Positions 15,964-25,350 of a stretch of DNA of 32,110 nucleotides are shown here, piece by piece (positions within the stretch are counted from its first letter, which is position 1; every line of letters starts with the position of its first letter). Made by a program: the position numbers and the translations under genes. Origin of the DNA: Candidatus Microgenomates bacterium (lineage in GTDB: Bacteria; Patescibacteriota; JACPGU01). The notes below the pieces were generated by a model, which ran no database searches, was not told the origin of the DNA, and worked only from the letters and a program-made list of their open reading frames with translations. The stretch covers positions 1 to 32,110 of the forward strand of contig JACPGU010000001.1 of NCBI GenBank assembly GCA_016188915.1. Reading direction: 5' to 3'.

Positions 15964-18255
15964 ATGAAAAATCTGGTTATCGTAGAATCGCCGGCGAAGG
16001 CGAAAACTATTGAGAAAATGTTAGGACGGGGCTTTTTAGTTCGCGCCTCTTTTGGTCATGTCCGCGATTTGCCAAAAAGTAAACTGGGCGTGGATACTGA
16101 ACACGATTTTGAACCGCAATACTTAATTCCCGCCAAAGCCAAAAAAGTAATCAAGGAGCTGAAAGAGCAAGCGGAAAAATCTGACACAGTCTATTTGGCC
16201 ACCGACTTGGACCGTGAAGGAGAGGCGATCTCTTGGCATTTGAGCCAAGCGTTAGGACTTGGAAATCACAAATCACAAATCACAAATCACAAACAATCTT
16301 TAAAAACTAAATCAAAAACTAAATCCCAAACAAAAGAAGGTTCAGATATACAAGTTCATCGCATAGTTTTCAATCAGATTACCGAAAAAGCAGTAAAGGA
16401 AGCGGTGGCCAGCCCCAGAGAACTGGACATGAATTTGGTCAACGCCCAGCAGGCCAGGCGCGTCTTGGATCGTTTGGTGGGCTACAAGCTCTCACCTTTC
16501 CTATGGAAAAAGGTAAAAAAAGGCCTGTCTGCCGGTCGCGTGCAATCGGTGGCGGTCCGATTAATTGTAGAACGGGAAAGAGCGATAGGAGCTTTCAAAG
16601 CGGAGGAGTATTGGGAATTGACAGCGGAGCTAAAAAAATCCCAAACAAATTCTAATGACCAAAATTCAAATGGGGAGAAATTTACAGCTAAACTTCTCAA
16701 AAAGGATGATAAAGAATTAAAGGTTACCAGTAAAGAACAAGCAGACGAGATATTGCAAGATTTGGAGGGGGCGGAATATATAGTAGGAGAGGTGAGACGG
16801 AAAGAAAAAAATCGCAATCCTTCGCCACCTTTTACCACCTCCACGCTTCAACAAGAATCGGCTCGAAAGCTCGGGTTCTCGGCCAAAAAAACCATGATGT
16901 TGGCGCAGAGACTTTACGAAGGTATGGATTTGGACGCGCTCGGCCACAAGGGCTTGATTACCTATATGCGTACCGATTCCCTCAATCTCGCCCCGGAAGC
17001 AATAGAAGCCATACGGGGGAAAATCGCCCAAGATTTCGGCAAAAATTACATTCCCGAAAAACCTAATTTTTATAAAAACAAATCCAAGGGCGCGCAGGAA
17101 GCCCACGAAGCGATTCGTCCCTCCCATCCGGAACTCTCGCCTGATGAAGTGGAAAAATTTTTAGAAAAAGACGAACACCGGCTTTACTCTTTAATTTGGA
17201 AAAGAGCGTTGGCTTCCCAAATGGTGCCGGCAATTATGGACAGTACTTCGGTAGACATAGGCGCGGATAAGCGCGGATATTTATTTAGGGCGACAGGTTC
17301 AGTCATCAAATTTGACGGGTTCATTCGTGTCTATATAGAAGATATTGATGAAGACGAAAAGATAGCTGACGAGGATCGCGAGGGCTATCTGCCACCATTA
17401 GAACAAAATGAAAAACTGGATTTGGAAGAATTGCTTCCTGAACAAAAATTCACTCAACCGCCACCTCGTTTTACCGAAGCATCGTTGGTTAAAGAGTTGG
17501 AAAAAAACGAGATTGGTCGGCCTTCCACCTACGCGCCGACTCTTTCCACTATTCAAGAAAGAGGCTATGTCCAATTGGAAGAAAAAAAGTTCAAACCGCA
17601 AGAAATCGGCTTAATCGTCAATGATGTCTTGGTGGAGCATTTTCCGCAGGTAGTGGATGTCGCTTTTACTTCTCATGTAGAGGAGGAATTTGATGATATC
17701 GCCGAAGGCAAGATGGAGTGGCACGAGATGATCAGGGAATTTTGGACGCCTTTTGAAAAGAACTTGAAAGAAAAAGAAGTGGAAGTGAAAAAAGAGGATA
17801 TTATCGGTGACGAGGCGACCGATATTCCCTGTCCCAAATGTGGCAAAATGCTGGCGATCAAATTCGGCCGGTTCGGTAAATTCTTGGCCTGTACCGGATT
17901 CCCCGAATGCAAACATACTCAACCTTTGAATGAAACTAAGGATGAAGAAAAGCAACTGGAAGCGGTTAATCACGGTAATTGCGAGAAATGCGGACACGAG
18001 TTCGTCATCAAAGAGGGGCGTTTTGGTAAATTCATTGCTTGTTCCAATTATCCGGAATGCAAAAATATCAAAAATCTAGACAACAAAATCGATATGAAAT
18101 GCCCGAAGTGTAGCGAGGGCGATGTGGTGGTGAAGATGACCAAGAGACGCAAAAGATTTTGGGGGTGCAATAAATATCCTGATTGCGACTGGGCGAGCTG
18201 GGTAAATCCGCAGAAAAACGCCGATGAAGCGCAAAATAGCACAGAAAAAGAATAA
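15964..18255 (+). CDS. topA: DNA topoisomerase I (type IA) with three C4 zinc ribbons
   Basis: IVESPAKAK TOPRIM, ATDLDREGE, SAGRVQS, catalytic ITYMRTDS, and three CxxC...C...C modules. Confidence 0.97.
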   Translation: MKNLVIVESPAKAKTIEKMLGRGFLVRASFGHVRDLPKSKLGVDTEHDFEPQYLIPAKAKKVIKELKEQAEKSDTVYLATDLDREGEAISWHLSQALGLGNHKSQITNHKQSLKTKSKTKSQTKEGSDIQVHRIVFNQITEKAVKEAVASPRELDMNLVNAQQARRVLDRLVGYKLSPFLWKKVKKGLSAGRVQSVAVRLIVERERAIGAFKAEEYWELTAELKKSQTNSNDQNSNGEKFTAKLLKKDDKELKVTSKEQADEILQDLEGAEYIVGEVRRKEKNRNPSPPFTTSTLQQESARKLGFSAKKTMMLAQRLYEGMDLDALGHKGLITYMRTDSLNLAPEAIEAIRGKIAQDFGKNYIPEKPNFYKNKSKGAQEAHEAIRPSHPELSPDEVEKFLEKDEHRLYSLIWKRALASQMVPAIMDSTSVDIGADKRGYLFRATGSVIKFDGFIRVYIEDIDEDEKIADEDREGYLPPLEQNEKLDLEELLPEQKFTQPPPRFTEASLVKELEKNEIGRPSTYAPTLSTIQERGYVQLEEKKFKPQEIGLIVNDVLVEHFPQVVDVAFTSHVEEEFDDIAEGKMEWHEMIREFWTPFEKNLKEKEVEVKKEDIIGDEATDIPCPKCGKMLAIKFGRFGKFLACTGFPECKHTQPLNETKDEEKQLEAVNHGNCEKCGHEFVIKEGRFGKFIACSNYPECKNIKNLDNKIDMKCPKCSEGDVVVKMTKRRKRFWGCNKYPDCDWASWVNPQKNADEAQNSTEKE
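16263..16331 (+). repeat. AAATCAC heptamer repeat tract in frame in topA
   Basis: AAATCAC x4 (16263-16290) plus degenerate units; a second related tract lies at ~16636-16671. Confidence 0.8.
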
Positions 18256-18261
18256 TTTTGT

Positions 18262-18289
18262 AGAGGGCGGGTTTTTAACCCGCCCTTTT
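18262..18289 (+). terminator. Terminator / REP-like hairpin after topA
   Basis: GGGCGGGTT-TTT-AACCCGCCC-TTTT. Confidence 0.7.
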
Positions 18290-18367
18290 GGCTATTGTCT
18301 GATAAGCAAAATAATTATAAAGTAAAAGTGGTCTTATTTATCAAAATAATTAAAAGTAGGAGGTTTT

Positions 18368-18943
18368 ATGGCAAAAAGTCGTTTTATTATTCGTCCCTGG
18401 ATGTGGGTAGCGGCAATAGCTATTGTCATCGCTTTGGTTTTGGCTGGTTATTACAATAATTTCGTAGGGCTGGGTCAGAGCGTAAAAAGCCAATGGGCTG
18501 ACGTGGAGAGTTCTTATCAGCGTCGTTTTGATTTGATCCCCAATCTGGTAGAAACGGTCAAAGGAGTGGCTGATTTTGAAAAAGAAACTTATTTGGCGGT
18601 CACCGAAGCGCGCACCAAATGGCTGGACGCGCAATCTATTAATGACAAAGTAACGGCCGGAGCTGCAACTCAATCGGCCCTAGCCAGACTTTTAGTGATG
18701 GTAGAAAATTATCCCGACTTGAAGGCCGCGGCTAATTTTGCCGATATGCAGACGCAATTGGAGGGAACAGAAAATAGAATCAATGTGGAGCGCAATCGTT
18801 ATAATGAAAAAGTTCGCGCCTATAATACGGCCGTTGCTCGTTTCCCAGCGAATATTTTTGCCCGTTTGTTCGGTTTTTCCGACTACCTTTTCTTTGAAGC
18901 TGTTGACGAGGCAGACAAAGTGCCGGTGGTTAATTTCAAATAA
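18368..18943 (+). CDS. lemA: LemA family protein
   Basis: N-terminal TM, YQRRFDLIPNLVETVKG, ENYPDLKA and EGTENRI motifs; SD AGGAGG. Confidence 0.95.
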   Translation: MAKSRFIIRPWMWVAAIAIVIALVLAGYYNNFVGLGQSVKSQWADVESSYQRRFDLIPNLVETVKGVADFEKETYLAVTEARTKWLDAQSINDKVTAGAATQSALARLLVMVENYPDLKAAANFADMQTQLEGTENRINVERNRYNEKVRAYNTAVARFPANIFARLFGFSDYLFFEAVDEADKVPVVNFK

Positions 18944-18975
18944 GAGCAAAAAAACTGAAAAGTAATAATTAAAAA

Positions 18976-19842
18976 TTGATCTCATCGGCAAAAAAAATCG
19001 GGTTGGTTTTTTGTGGCGCTTTTTTGGTATTTTCTTTTGCCCATAAAGCGCAGGCTTTAGATTTGCCTGAATATATGGGCTTCGTTAATGATTACGCGAA
19101 AATTTTAAAAGATGAGACAAAAATTAATCTAGAAAACCAAATCACAGAGCTAGAAAAAGAAACTCATCATGAAATAGCGATAGCTATCGTGCCGAATTTG
19201 CAAGAGACGACAATAGAAGATTACGCTGAAAAACTTTTTCAAAAATGGGCGATTGGTAAAAAAGAGCTGGATAATGGTGTACTGCTTCTAATAGCTATTA
19301 ATGACAGGAAATTAAGAATAGAAACTGGATATGGCCTGGAAGGAATTTTGCCCGATATTACGGCCGGTCGTATTGTTAATGATATCATCACGCCAGAATT
19401 CAAAAATGGCGATTATGACAGTGGTGTAGTAAAGGGGGTTGAAACAATAGCGCAAACTATCAAAGGGGAGGTAGTGGACTATCCCGATAAGATAAATTTT
19501 GATGGCAGATGGTTTGAGTACATATTTTTCGGTATTATCTTCCTTTTTAGCATTTTAGGGCAATCCAAAAGATGGTGGCCAGGCGGGGTTTGGATGGGTG
19601 GTGGAGCGCTAGTTTACGCCCTGATCGCGGGTATGGCAATTATCGGAGCCGTGGTTTTAGTTTTTTCTATGACGCTTTTTGGTCTGATATTAGATTATAT
19701 TTTTTCTAAAATGCCTCAGAATAAAGGCCGAGGAGGAAGTAATTTCTGGTATTGGGGCGGAGGCGGAGGATCGAGTGGCGGTGGTTTTGGAGGATTCGGC
19801 GGAGGATCGAGTGGTGGTGGCGGAGCAAGTGGTTCTTGGTAA
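18976..19842 (+). CDS. TPM-domain (YgcG-like) membrane protein
   Basis: VNDYAKIL, DNGVLLLIA.NDRKLRIETGYGLEG and a glycine-rich C-terminus GGGSSGGGGASGSW; standard partner of lemA. Confidence 0.9.
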   Translation: MISSAKKIGLVFCGAFLVFSFAHKAQALDLPEYMGFVNDYAKILKDETKINLENQITELEKETHHEIAIAIVPNLQETTIEDYAEKLFQKWAIGKKELDNGVLLLIAINDRKLRIETGYGLEGILPDITAGRIVNDIITPEFKNGDYDSGVVKGVETIAQTIKGEVVDYPDKINFDGRWFEYIFFGIIFLFSILGQSKRWWPGGVWMGGGALVYALIAGMAIIGAVVLVFSMTLFGLILDYIFSKMPQNKGRGGSNFWYWGGGGGSSGGGFGGFGGGSSGGGGASGSW

Positions 19843-19868
19843 GACAGGTTATAATTGATAAATTATTT

Positions 19869-21167
19869 ATGAAAATAAAAAATATTCACGCGCGAGAGAT
19901 TTTGGACAGCCGTGGCGATCCGACGGTAGAATGTGATGTTGTTTTAGACGATGGTTCTATCGGACGAGCCTCTGTTCCATCTGGTGCTTCTACTGGCGTG
20001 CACGAAGCAGTGGAATTACGCGATAATGATCCCAAAAGATATGGCGGCAAGGGCGTTTTGACTGCGGTAAAAAACATCAATACCGAAATAAAAAATGCTC
20101 TTTATGGCATGGACGCGACGGAAATTCGCAAAATAGATGGAACACTTCTTCGTCTGGATGGGACGGAAAACAAATCACGTCTGGGGGCTAACGCTATTTT
20201 GGCTGTTTCTCTCTCTTGCGCCAGGGCGGCGGCGGTATCGGCCAAAATACCGCTCTATCAATATCTACGCAAGACTTTTGCCGAAAATTTGAAAGATAAC
20301 TTTATTTTACCGGTGCCTTTGGTTAATATTCTCAACGGAGGTAAACACGCTGATTCCAATCTGGATTTTCAGGAATGTATTATTATCCCAATTGGCGCAA
20401 GCAGTTTTCCGGAAATTGTGAGAATGGGTAGCGAAATATTCCATTCTTTGGGGCAGATCTTGAAAGAAAAACATCTTTCCACCAATGTCGGTAATGAAGG
20501 CGGTTACGCCGGCTATTTCAAAAATCATGCTGAAGCTTTTCAGCTTTTCACACAGGCGATAGAGAGCGCCGGATACAAATCTGGAGAAGATGCTTGTTTG
20601 GGTATTGATGTGGCGGCATCATCTTTTTTTGGCGGTGGGATTTATGATGTTACTTCAGAAAAAAAGAAATTTAGTACAGAAGAAATGATAGGTTATTTGC
20701 GTGATTTGACGGAAAAATATCCCATTATTTCTATTGAAGATCCTTTGGGTGAAGATGAGTGGGGTGCTTGGCAAAAATTTACGCAAGAATTTGGGAGTAG
20801 ATTGCAAATCGTTGGCGACGACCTCTTCGTCACCAACGTCAAAAGAATTCAGCAGGGGATAGAGCAAAAAGTGGCCAATGCGGTGCTTATCAAAGTCAAT
20901 CAAATCGGCACGCTGTCGGAAACAGCAGACGCGATCCTTTTGAGCCAGAAAAATAATTATCGCACTATCGTTTCCCATCGTTCCGGTGATACGGAAGATT
21001 CCTTCATTGCCGATTTGGTGGTGGCGCTTGATTGCGGGCAGATCAAGACCGGTTCGATGAGTCGCAGCGAAAGAGTAGTCAAATATAATAGGCTCTTGCA
21101 GATATCGGAAGAACTAGGGGGCAAGGCCAGATTTTTGGGGAAGAAGACTTTTGGATTTCTGGGATAG
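19869..21167 (+). CDS. eno: Enolase
   Basis: AREILDSRG, VPSGASTG, SHRSG and QIKTGS motifs. The start is the ATG at 19869 (MKIKNIH), not the longer ORF-track start. Confidence 0.97.
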   Translation: MKIKNIHAREILDSRGDPTVECDVVLDDGSIGRASVPSGASTGVHEAVELRDNDPKRYGGKGVLTAVKNINTEIKNALYGMDATEIRKIDGTLLRLDGTENKSRLGANAILAVSLSCARAAAVSAKIPLYQYLRKTFAENLKDNFILPVPLVNILNGGKHADSNLDFQECIIIPIGASSFPEIVRMGSEIFHSLGQILKEKHLSTNVGNEGGYAGYFKNHAEAFQLFTQAIESAGYKSGEDACLGIDVAASSFFGGGIYDVTSEKKKFSTEEMIGYLRDLTEKYPIISIEDPLGEDEWGAWQKFTQEFGSRLQIVGDDLFVTNVKRIQQGIEQKVANAVLIKVNQIGTLSETADAILLSQKNNYRTIVSHRSGDTEDSFIADLVVALDCGQIKTGSMSRSERVVKYNRLLQISEELGGKARFLGKKTFGFLG

Positions 21168-21211
21168 CGACCTTAATCTGCGAATACGCACGAATTTCAC
21201 AAATATTATCC

Positions 21212-21241
21212 TTGACAGGATAGTATTTTTTATATTATAAT
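21212..21241 (+). promoter_or_regulatory. sigma70 promoter
   Basis: TTGACA-18 bp-TATAAT. Confidence 0.7.
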
Positions 21242-21279
21242 ATTATCAGTTTAAAAATTCACCGAAAGAGAGAGACGAA

Positions 21280-21900
21280 ATGAAAAAACAGCGCGAAGGC
21301 GAATGTTTTGATGCGGTGCAAGAAAAGATGTTCTACTCTTTTTTCATTGAAAGATCAGTGCGAGCCTTTCTGAAAATAATGACTTTTTCATTGTGGGAGG
21401 AAAAACGCAATTCTCCCTTTTCTCTCAAGGCATCGTCATTAGGAACAAAAGAAAAAGGGTGTTATCCTATGGGGCTTTTGCGCCTTCGCCTCAATCACGA
21501 AGAGCTCACCGGGCACGAAATATTTGTCGTGGATCTATCGGGCGCTTTTGATTTCGTCAGCGAAGAAGACCTTTGCGGCAAATATCATTTTGACGACTTT
21601 CTTTCTTGGCTTGCTCGGTGGAGCTGTTCTGACAAATACGCCAATTTGCGTCGGGATATGTATATTTTTTCCGGCAACGAGTTTTTCTGCGCGGCCATTA
21701 ACGAAAAAATGCGATCAAAAAAAGAGCTGTTCGATCTCGAAACCAAAGTCTCCAATGTCCATGTTTTTTCTTGCGCCTGTCCGGAGAATAGAATGGGAAA
21801 AGGACTCGCCTACATAACCGAGAGAGATCTCGAATGGCGGCGTCAGGCCATTAATTCCCAAATGGCTCTCAACATGCTACTGTCTAAAGAAAACCGCTGA
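21280..21900 (+). CDS. Hypothetical protein (stand-alone unit; true start uncertain, possibly 21468)
   Basis: ORF between its own promoter and terminator; no recognised motif. Confidence 0.55.
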   Translation: MKKQREGECFDAVQEKMFYSFFIERSVRAFLKIMTFSLWEEKRNSPFSLKASSLGTKEKGCYPMGLLRLRLNHEELTGHEIFVVDLSGAFDFVSEEDLCGKYHFDDFLSWLARWSCSDKYANLRRDMYIFSGNEFFCAAINEKMRSKKELFDLETKVSNVHVFSCACPENRMGKGLAYITERDLEWRRQAINSQMALNMLLSKENR

Positions 21901-21913
21901 AAGGCGGTTTTTT
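21890..21913 (+). terminator. Intrinsic terminator
   Basis: AAAACCGCT-GAAA-GGCGGTTTTTT overlapping the stop codon. Confidence 0.8.
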
Positions 21914-21928
21914 GTTATCTATTTTGTT

Positions 21929-22072
21929 TAGGGCTTACGCACCTAGCTCCCTCCGCAAAGATGTCCGACATCAAAGGATGCTCGATGTCGGACATCAAAA
22001 TACGCAACAATCATTAGAAATTACCTGGCGGTGTACGGTGGCTAGATGATAAGGTCAAGTGCGTAAGCCCTA
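21929..22072. mobile_element. MITE-like element
   Basis: 14-bp perfect terminal inverted repeats TAGGGCTTACGCAC/GTGCGTAAGCCCTA; internal 13-bp inverted repeat (21960-21972/21984-21996); no ORF. Confidence 0.65.
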
Positions 22073-22179
22073 TAGTAATTATAATTGTCGGATTCTCTTT
22101 CCCGATGTATTATGGTAGAGAATCATTCTTCAGCCTAAAATCTAAAATCTGCAATCTGCAATCTTAAATCTGCCCCCTC

Positions 22180-22779
22180 ATGTTTCTCCCAGATTCTGTC
22201 CAAAAAGCCATTGATGCCTTTTCCCGTTTGCCGGGGATTGGTAACAAAACCGCCCAGCGGTTGGTTTTTTATTTACTGCGTCAAGACAAAATAACTTCCG
22301 AACATATCGGACAGGCGATATTGGAGCTCAAAGAAAAAATCAATTTTTGTCCCGATTGTCAAAATATTTCGGATAACGGCCAGTGCAAAATCTGCGCGGA
22401 TTCCTCTCGCGACAAAACGATAATTTGCGTGGTGGAGGAGCCACTTGATATAATGGCTCTGGAGAAAGCCGGTTATTATCAAGGCCTCTACCATGTCTTG
22501 CAAGGGTCTCTCTCGCCGGTGGACGGTATCGGGCCGGATGATTTGAATATCAAAGAATTATTGGATAGACTCCACAAAAAATCTGGCGTCAAAGAAATAA
22601 TCTTAGCGACCAATCCGACCACCGAAGGAGAGGCCACCGCGCTCTACATTCATCGTTTGGTTGAGCCTTTGGGCATTACCATCACCCGCATCGCTCGCGG
22701 CATTCCTTTCGGTGGCGATATTGAATACGCCGACGAAATGACGCTGAAAAAAGCTTTGGAGGGGAGGAAGGAGTATTAG
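22180..22779 (+). CDS. recR: Recombination mediator RecR
   Basis: LPGIGNKTAQRL HhH, C4 zinc finger, ICVVE, ILATNPTTEGEATA and GGDIEYAD motifs. Confidence 0.97.
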   Translation: MFLPDSVQKAIDAFSRLPGIGNKTAQRLVFYLLRQDKITSEHIGQAILELKEKINFCPDCQNISDNGQCKICADSSRDKTIICVVEEPLDIMALEKAGYYQGLYHVLQGSLSPVDGIGPDDLNIKELLDRLHKKSGVKEIILATNPTTEGEATALYIHRLVEPLGITITRIARGIPFGGDIEYADEMTLKKALEGRKEY

Positions 22780-22828
22780 GGGGAATTTCTAATTTCTAAA
22801 ATTAATAATCTAAGTAGGAGGTTCTATA

Positions 22829-23464
22829 ATGAACAATCTAGGGCAAGGTCTTAGCGCAATGGAGGGGAAAAAAGAGAAAATGTCTTTGCATGAAAAACAT
22901 CAAAGATGGAAAGAAAAAATAGATTCCGGCTTACCGTTTGCGCTTGGTATTGGGACTACGGCGACGATAATGTTGGTCGGAATGTATTTTCGCGCCAAAG
23001 GCATAACTGATGAATCTTTAAACGCTAATGTTAGAGACGCGATGATGACCTATGGCAGAATGGTCTATTTGCCAGCGGCTACTGTCGGAGCACCGGCCAT
23101 GTTTATTTTCCAAGGTATAGAAAAAATAAGGACTAAACGATTAGAAGATAATTATTATTCAGCGAAAACGAGCACAGAGTATTTGCCAGGATGGATCGAT
23201 CAAGAAGAAAGGACTCTAGCGGGATGGGAAAGAAGTATAGATGATCTTTTGGCCAGTTATGCTAGTGGCAAACAAAAAATAGAAAATATGAAAGATCTGA
23301 CAGATGAAGCGAAAAAAGAGCGTATGGATTTTTCCCAAGAACATGTCCACGGTATCCTTAAGGTGGATATGAAGGCAATCGAAGCAACAAAAAAGCGAAT
23401 ATTGTCGCTGAAAAGACAATTGGCTCGGAGCAAGGTCTATTCAGAAAAAATGGATAAAAAATAA
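22829..23464 (+). CDS. Hypothetical membrane protein (two hydrophobic segments, C-terminal coiled coil)
   Basis: 211-aa ORF with SD AGGAGG. Confidence 0.65.
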   Translation: MNNLGQGLSAMEGKKEKMSLHEKHQRWKEKIDSGLPFALGIGTTATIMLVGMYFRAKGITDESLNANVRDAMMTYGRMVYLPAATVGAPAMFIFQGIEKIRTKRLEDNYYSAKTSTEYLPGWIDQEERTLAGWERSIDDLLASYASGKQKIENMKDLTDEAKKERMDFSQEHVHGILKVDMKAIEATKKRILSLKRQLARSKVYSEKMDKK

Positions 23465-23499
23465 TTTGTCAAATAAAATAACAAAGGAGATGAATAATT

Positions 23500-23862
23500 A
23501 TGCTTAACGAAGTATTAAAAAAAATAGCCAATATCTATGGTTTTGTTGGGAAAGAAGCCGAAGATGTAGCTGAAGACTTATTTTCTGTCATCATTGAGGA
23601 AATGTCACTTAGAATGAATGAGAAAGAAATCATGGATGATAGCAAACTTCTTCACGGGGAAGGCAAATTTGATCTGGAGAATGGCATGCAAGTAATAGAT
23701 TCCTTAAAGAATAGACCTGAATTTTCTGAAATATTTTCACAATCTTTGTCAGCCGTTTTGGATGATTGGAGAAAAGAGATAGAGCAAGATTTTTCTGAAG
23801 AAAAGAAAAATCTTGTCAAAGAGCAAGTGGAAGAATTGATAAAGGAGATAGATAAAAAATAA
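23500..23862 (+). CDS. Hypothetical acidic helical protein
   Basis: 120-aa ORF with SD AAGGAG, abutting cysS. Confidence 0.7.
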   Translation: MLNEVLKKIANIYGFVGKEAEDVAEDLFSVIIEEMSLRMNEKEIMDDSKLLHGEGKFDLENGMQVIDSLKNRPEFSEIFSQSLSAVLDDWRKEIEQDFSEEKKNLVKEQVEELIKEIDKK

Positions 23863-25251
23863 ATGATCAAATTTTTCAATTCACTAACTAAGAAAAAGGA
23901 AGAGTTTCGGCCGATAACATTGGGCAAGGTTTTGATGTACCAATGTGGACCGACGGTCTATTGGATCCAACATATTGGCAATTTGCGGGCGATGGTCATG
24001 GCCGATCTTATCACGCGCGTCTTGCGCTACAATGGTCTGGAAGTTACTTTCGTTCGCAATTATACCGATGTCGGGCATCTAGTGTCCGATAGCGATGAAG
24101 GGGAAGACAAAATGGAAGAGGGAGCAAAAAGAGAGGGGAAAAGTCCGCAAGAAATAGCCAGTAAATACATCGGGATATTCGAAGAAGATTGCAAAAGATT
24201 GAATATCATAGAGCCGACGGCCAAGCCAAGAGCAACGGAATACATCAAGCCAATGCAGGAGATGGTGCAGACTTTGCTGGACAAAGACTACGCCTACCAG
24301 ACCAATCTTGCTATTTATTTTGATATCACCAAGGCCAAAGATTACACGCGACTTTCCGGGCAGAAATTGGAAGAAAATAAAAAAGGCGCGGGACACGCTG
24401 ATGTTTCGGATTCGGAAAAGAAAAATCCGGCCGATTTTGCTCTCTGGTTTTTCAAAAAAGGCGCGCACGCAAACGCCCTGCAAACATGGGAAAGCCCGTG
24501 GGGCGCGGGATTTCCCGGCTGGCACCTGGAATGTTCCGTGATGAGCAAGGCGCTCCTCGGCGCGACTTTTGATATCCATATGGGCGGAATAGAGCATATT
24601 CCGGTTCATCATACCAACGAGATCGCCCAAAGCGAAGGGGCTAATGGGGTGGAAATAGCGCATTATTGGTTGCATAACGAACATCTTTTGGTGGATGGTA
24701 AAAAAATGGCCAAAAGCGAGGGAACGAGCCATACTTTGGCAGAAATCCAAGAGCATGGCTTTGACCCTCTTGCTCTCCGTTATTTTTTCCTGCAAGCGCA
24801 TTATCGGTCAAAGCAAAATTTTACTTGGGAAGCTTTAACTGGAGCGAAAAACGCTTTGAAAAAATTGACCGCGCTGGTGGCCAGTTTTGAGGAAGCAAAA
24901 GTAGGTTGCGCCGAGTTTGAGGAAAAGTTTCTGGAAGCTATTAATGACGATTGTAATACACCGCAGGCTCTGGCAATACTTTGGGAAGTAGTAAAATCTG
25001 ATTATCCCGATAGCGCCAAGGCGACTACCATCTTGAAATTTGACGAAGTTTTGGGCTTGGGGCTGAAAGAAGTAGTGGGGAAAAAAGAGGATATCCCACA
25101 GGAAATCTTAAAACTTGCCGAAGAGCGCCAAAGAGCCAAAGAACAAAAAAACTTTGCATTAGCAGATGAGATTCGTGATAAGATAGAGGCAATGGGATAT
25201 GTAATTAATGACCTGGAGGACAATAGTTATCAAATAGTTGGGAGTAGGTAG
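23863..25251 (+). CDS. cysS: Cysteine--tRNA ligase
   Basis: CGPTVY, HIGN, GFPGWHLECS, HHTNE and KMAKS motifs. Confidence 0.97.
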   Translation: MIKFFNSLTKKKEEFRPITLGKVLMYQCGPTVYWIQHIGNLRAMVMADLITRVLRYNGLEVTFVRNYTDVGHLVSDSDEGEDKMEEGAKREGKSPQEIASKYIGIFEEDCKRLNIIEPTAKPRATEYIKPMQEMVQTLLDKDYAYQTNLAIYFDITKAKDYTRLSGQKLEENKKGAGHADVSDSEKKNPADFALWFFKKGAHANALQTWESPWGAGFPGWHLECSVMSKALLGATFDIHMGGIEHIPVHHTNEIAQSEGANGVEIAHYWLHNEHLLVDGKKMAKSEGTSHTLAEIQEHGFDPLALRYFFLQAHYRSKQNFTWEALTGAKNALKKLTALVASFEEAKVGCAEFEEKFLEAINDDCNTPQALAILWEVVKSDYPDSAKATTILKFDEVLGLGLKEVVGKKEDIPQEILKLAEERQRAKEQKNFALADEIRDKIEAMGYVINDLEDNSYQIVGSR

Positions 25252-25350
25252 TAGGGGGGAGCGTTAGTGAGTTGCAGGGGGTGAAGTCACAACGTAAGAT
25301 ATAAAAAGTATAAAAGTATAAATAATACAGGCTAACAACAAGGAGGCAAA

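Noticed and set aside
16263-16331. CRISPR array
   Set aside because: Short tandem 7-mers without unique spacers; no repeat-spacer array anywhere in the window.
19752-19868. N-terminal extension of enolase in the ORF track
   Set aside because: It is an alternative frame of the glycine-rich tail of the TPM gene; enolase homology starts at ATG 19869.
24079-24801. 240-aa antisense ORF in cysS and other shadow ORFs (e.g. 28693-29094, 29192-29713)
   Set aside because: They lie antisense to well-supported genes and have no recognisable motifs.
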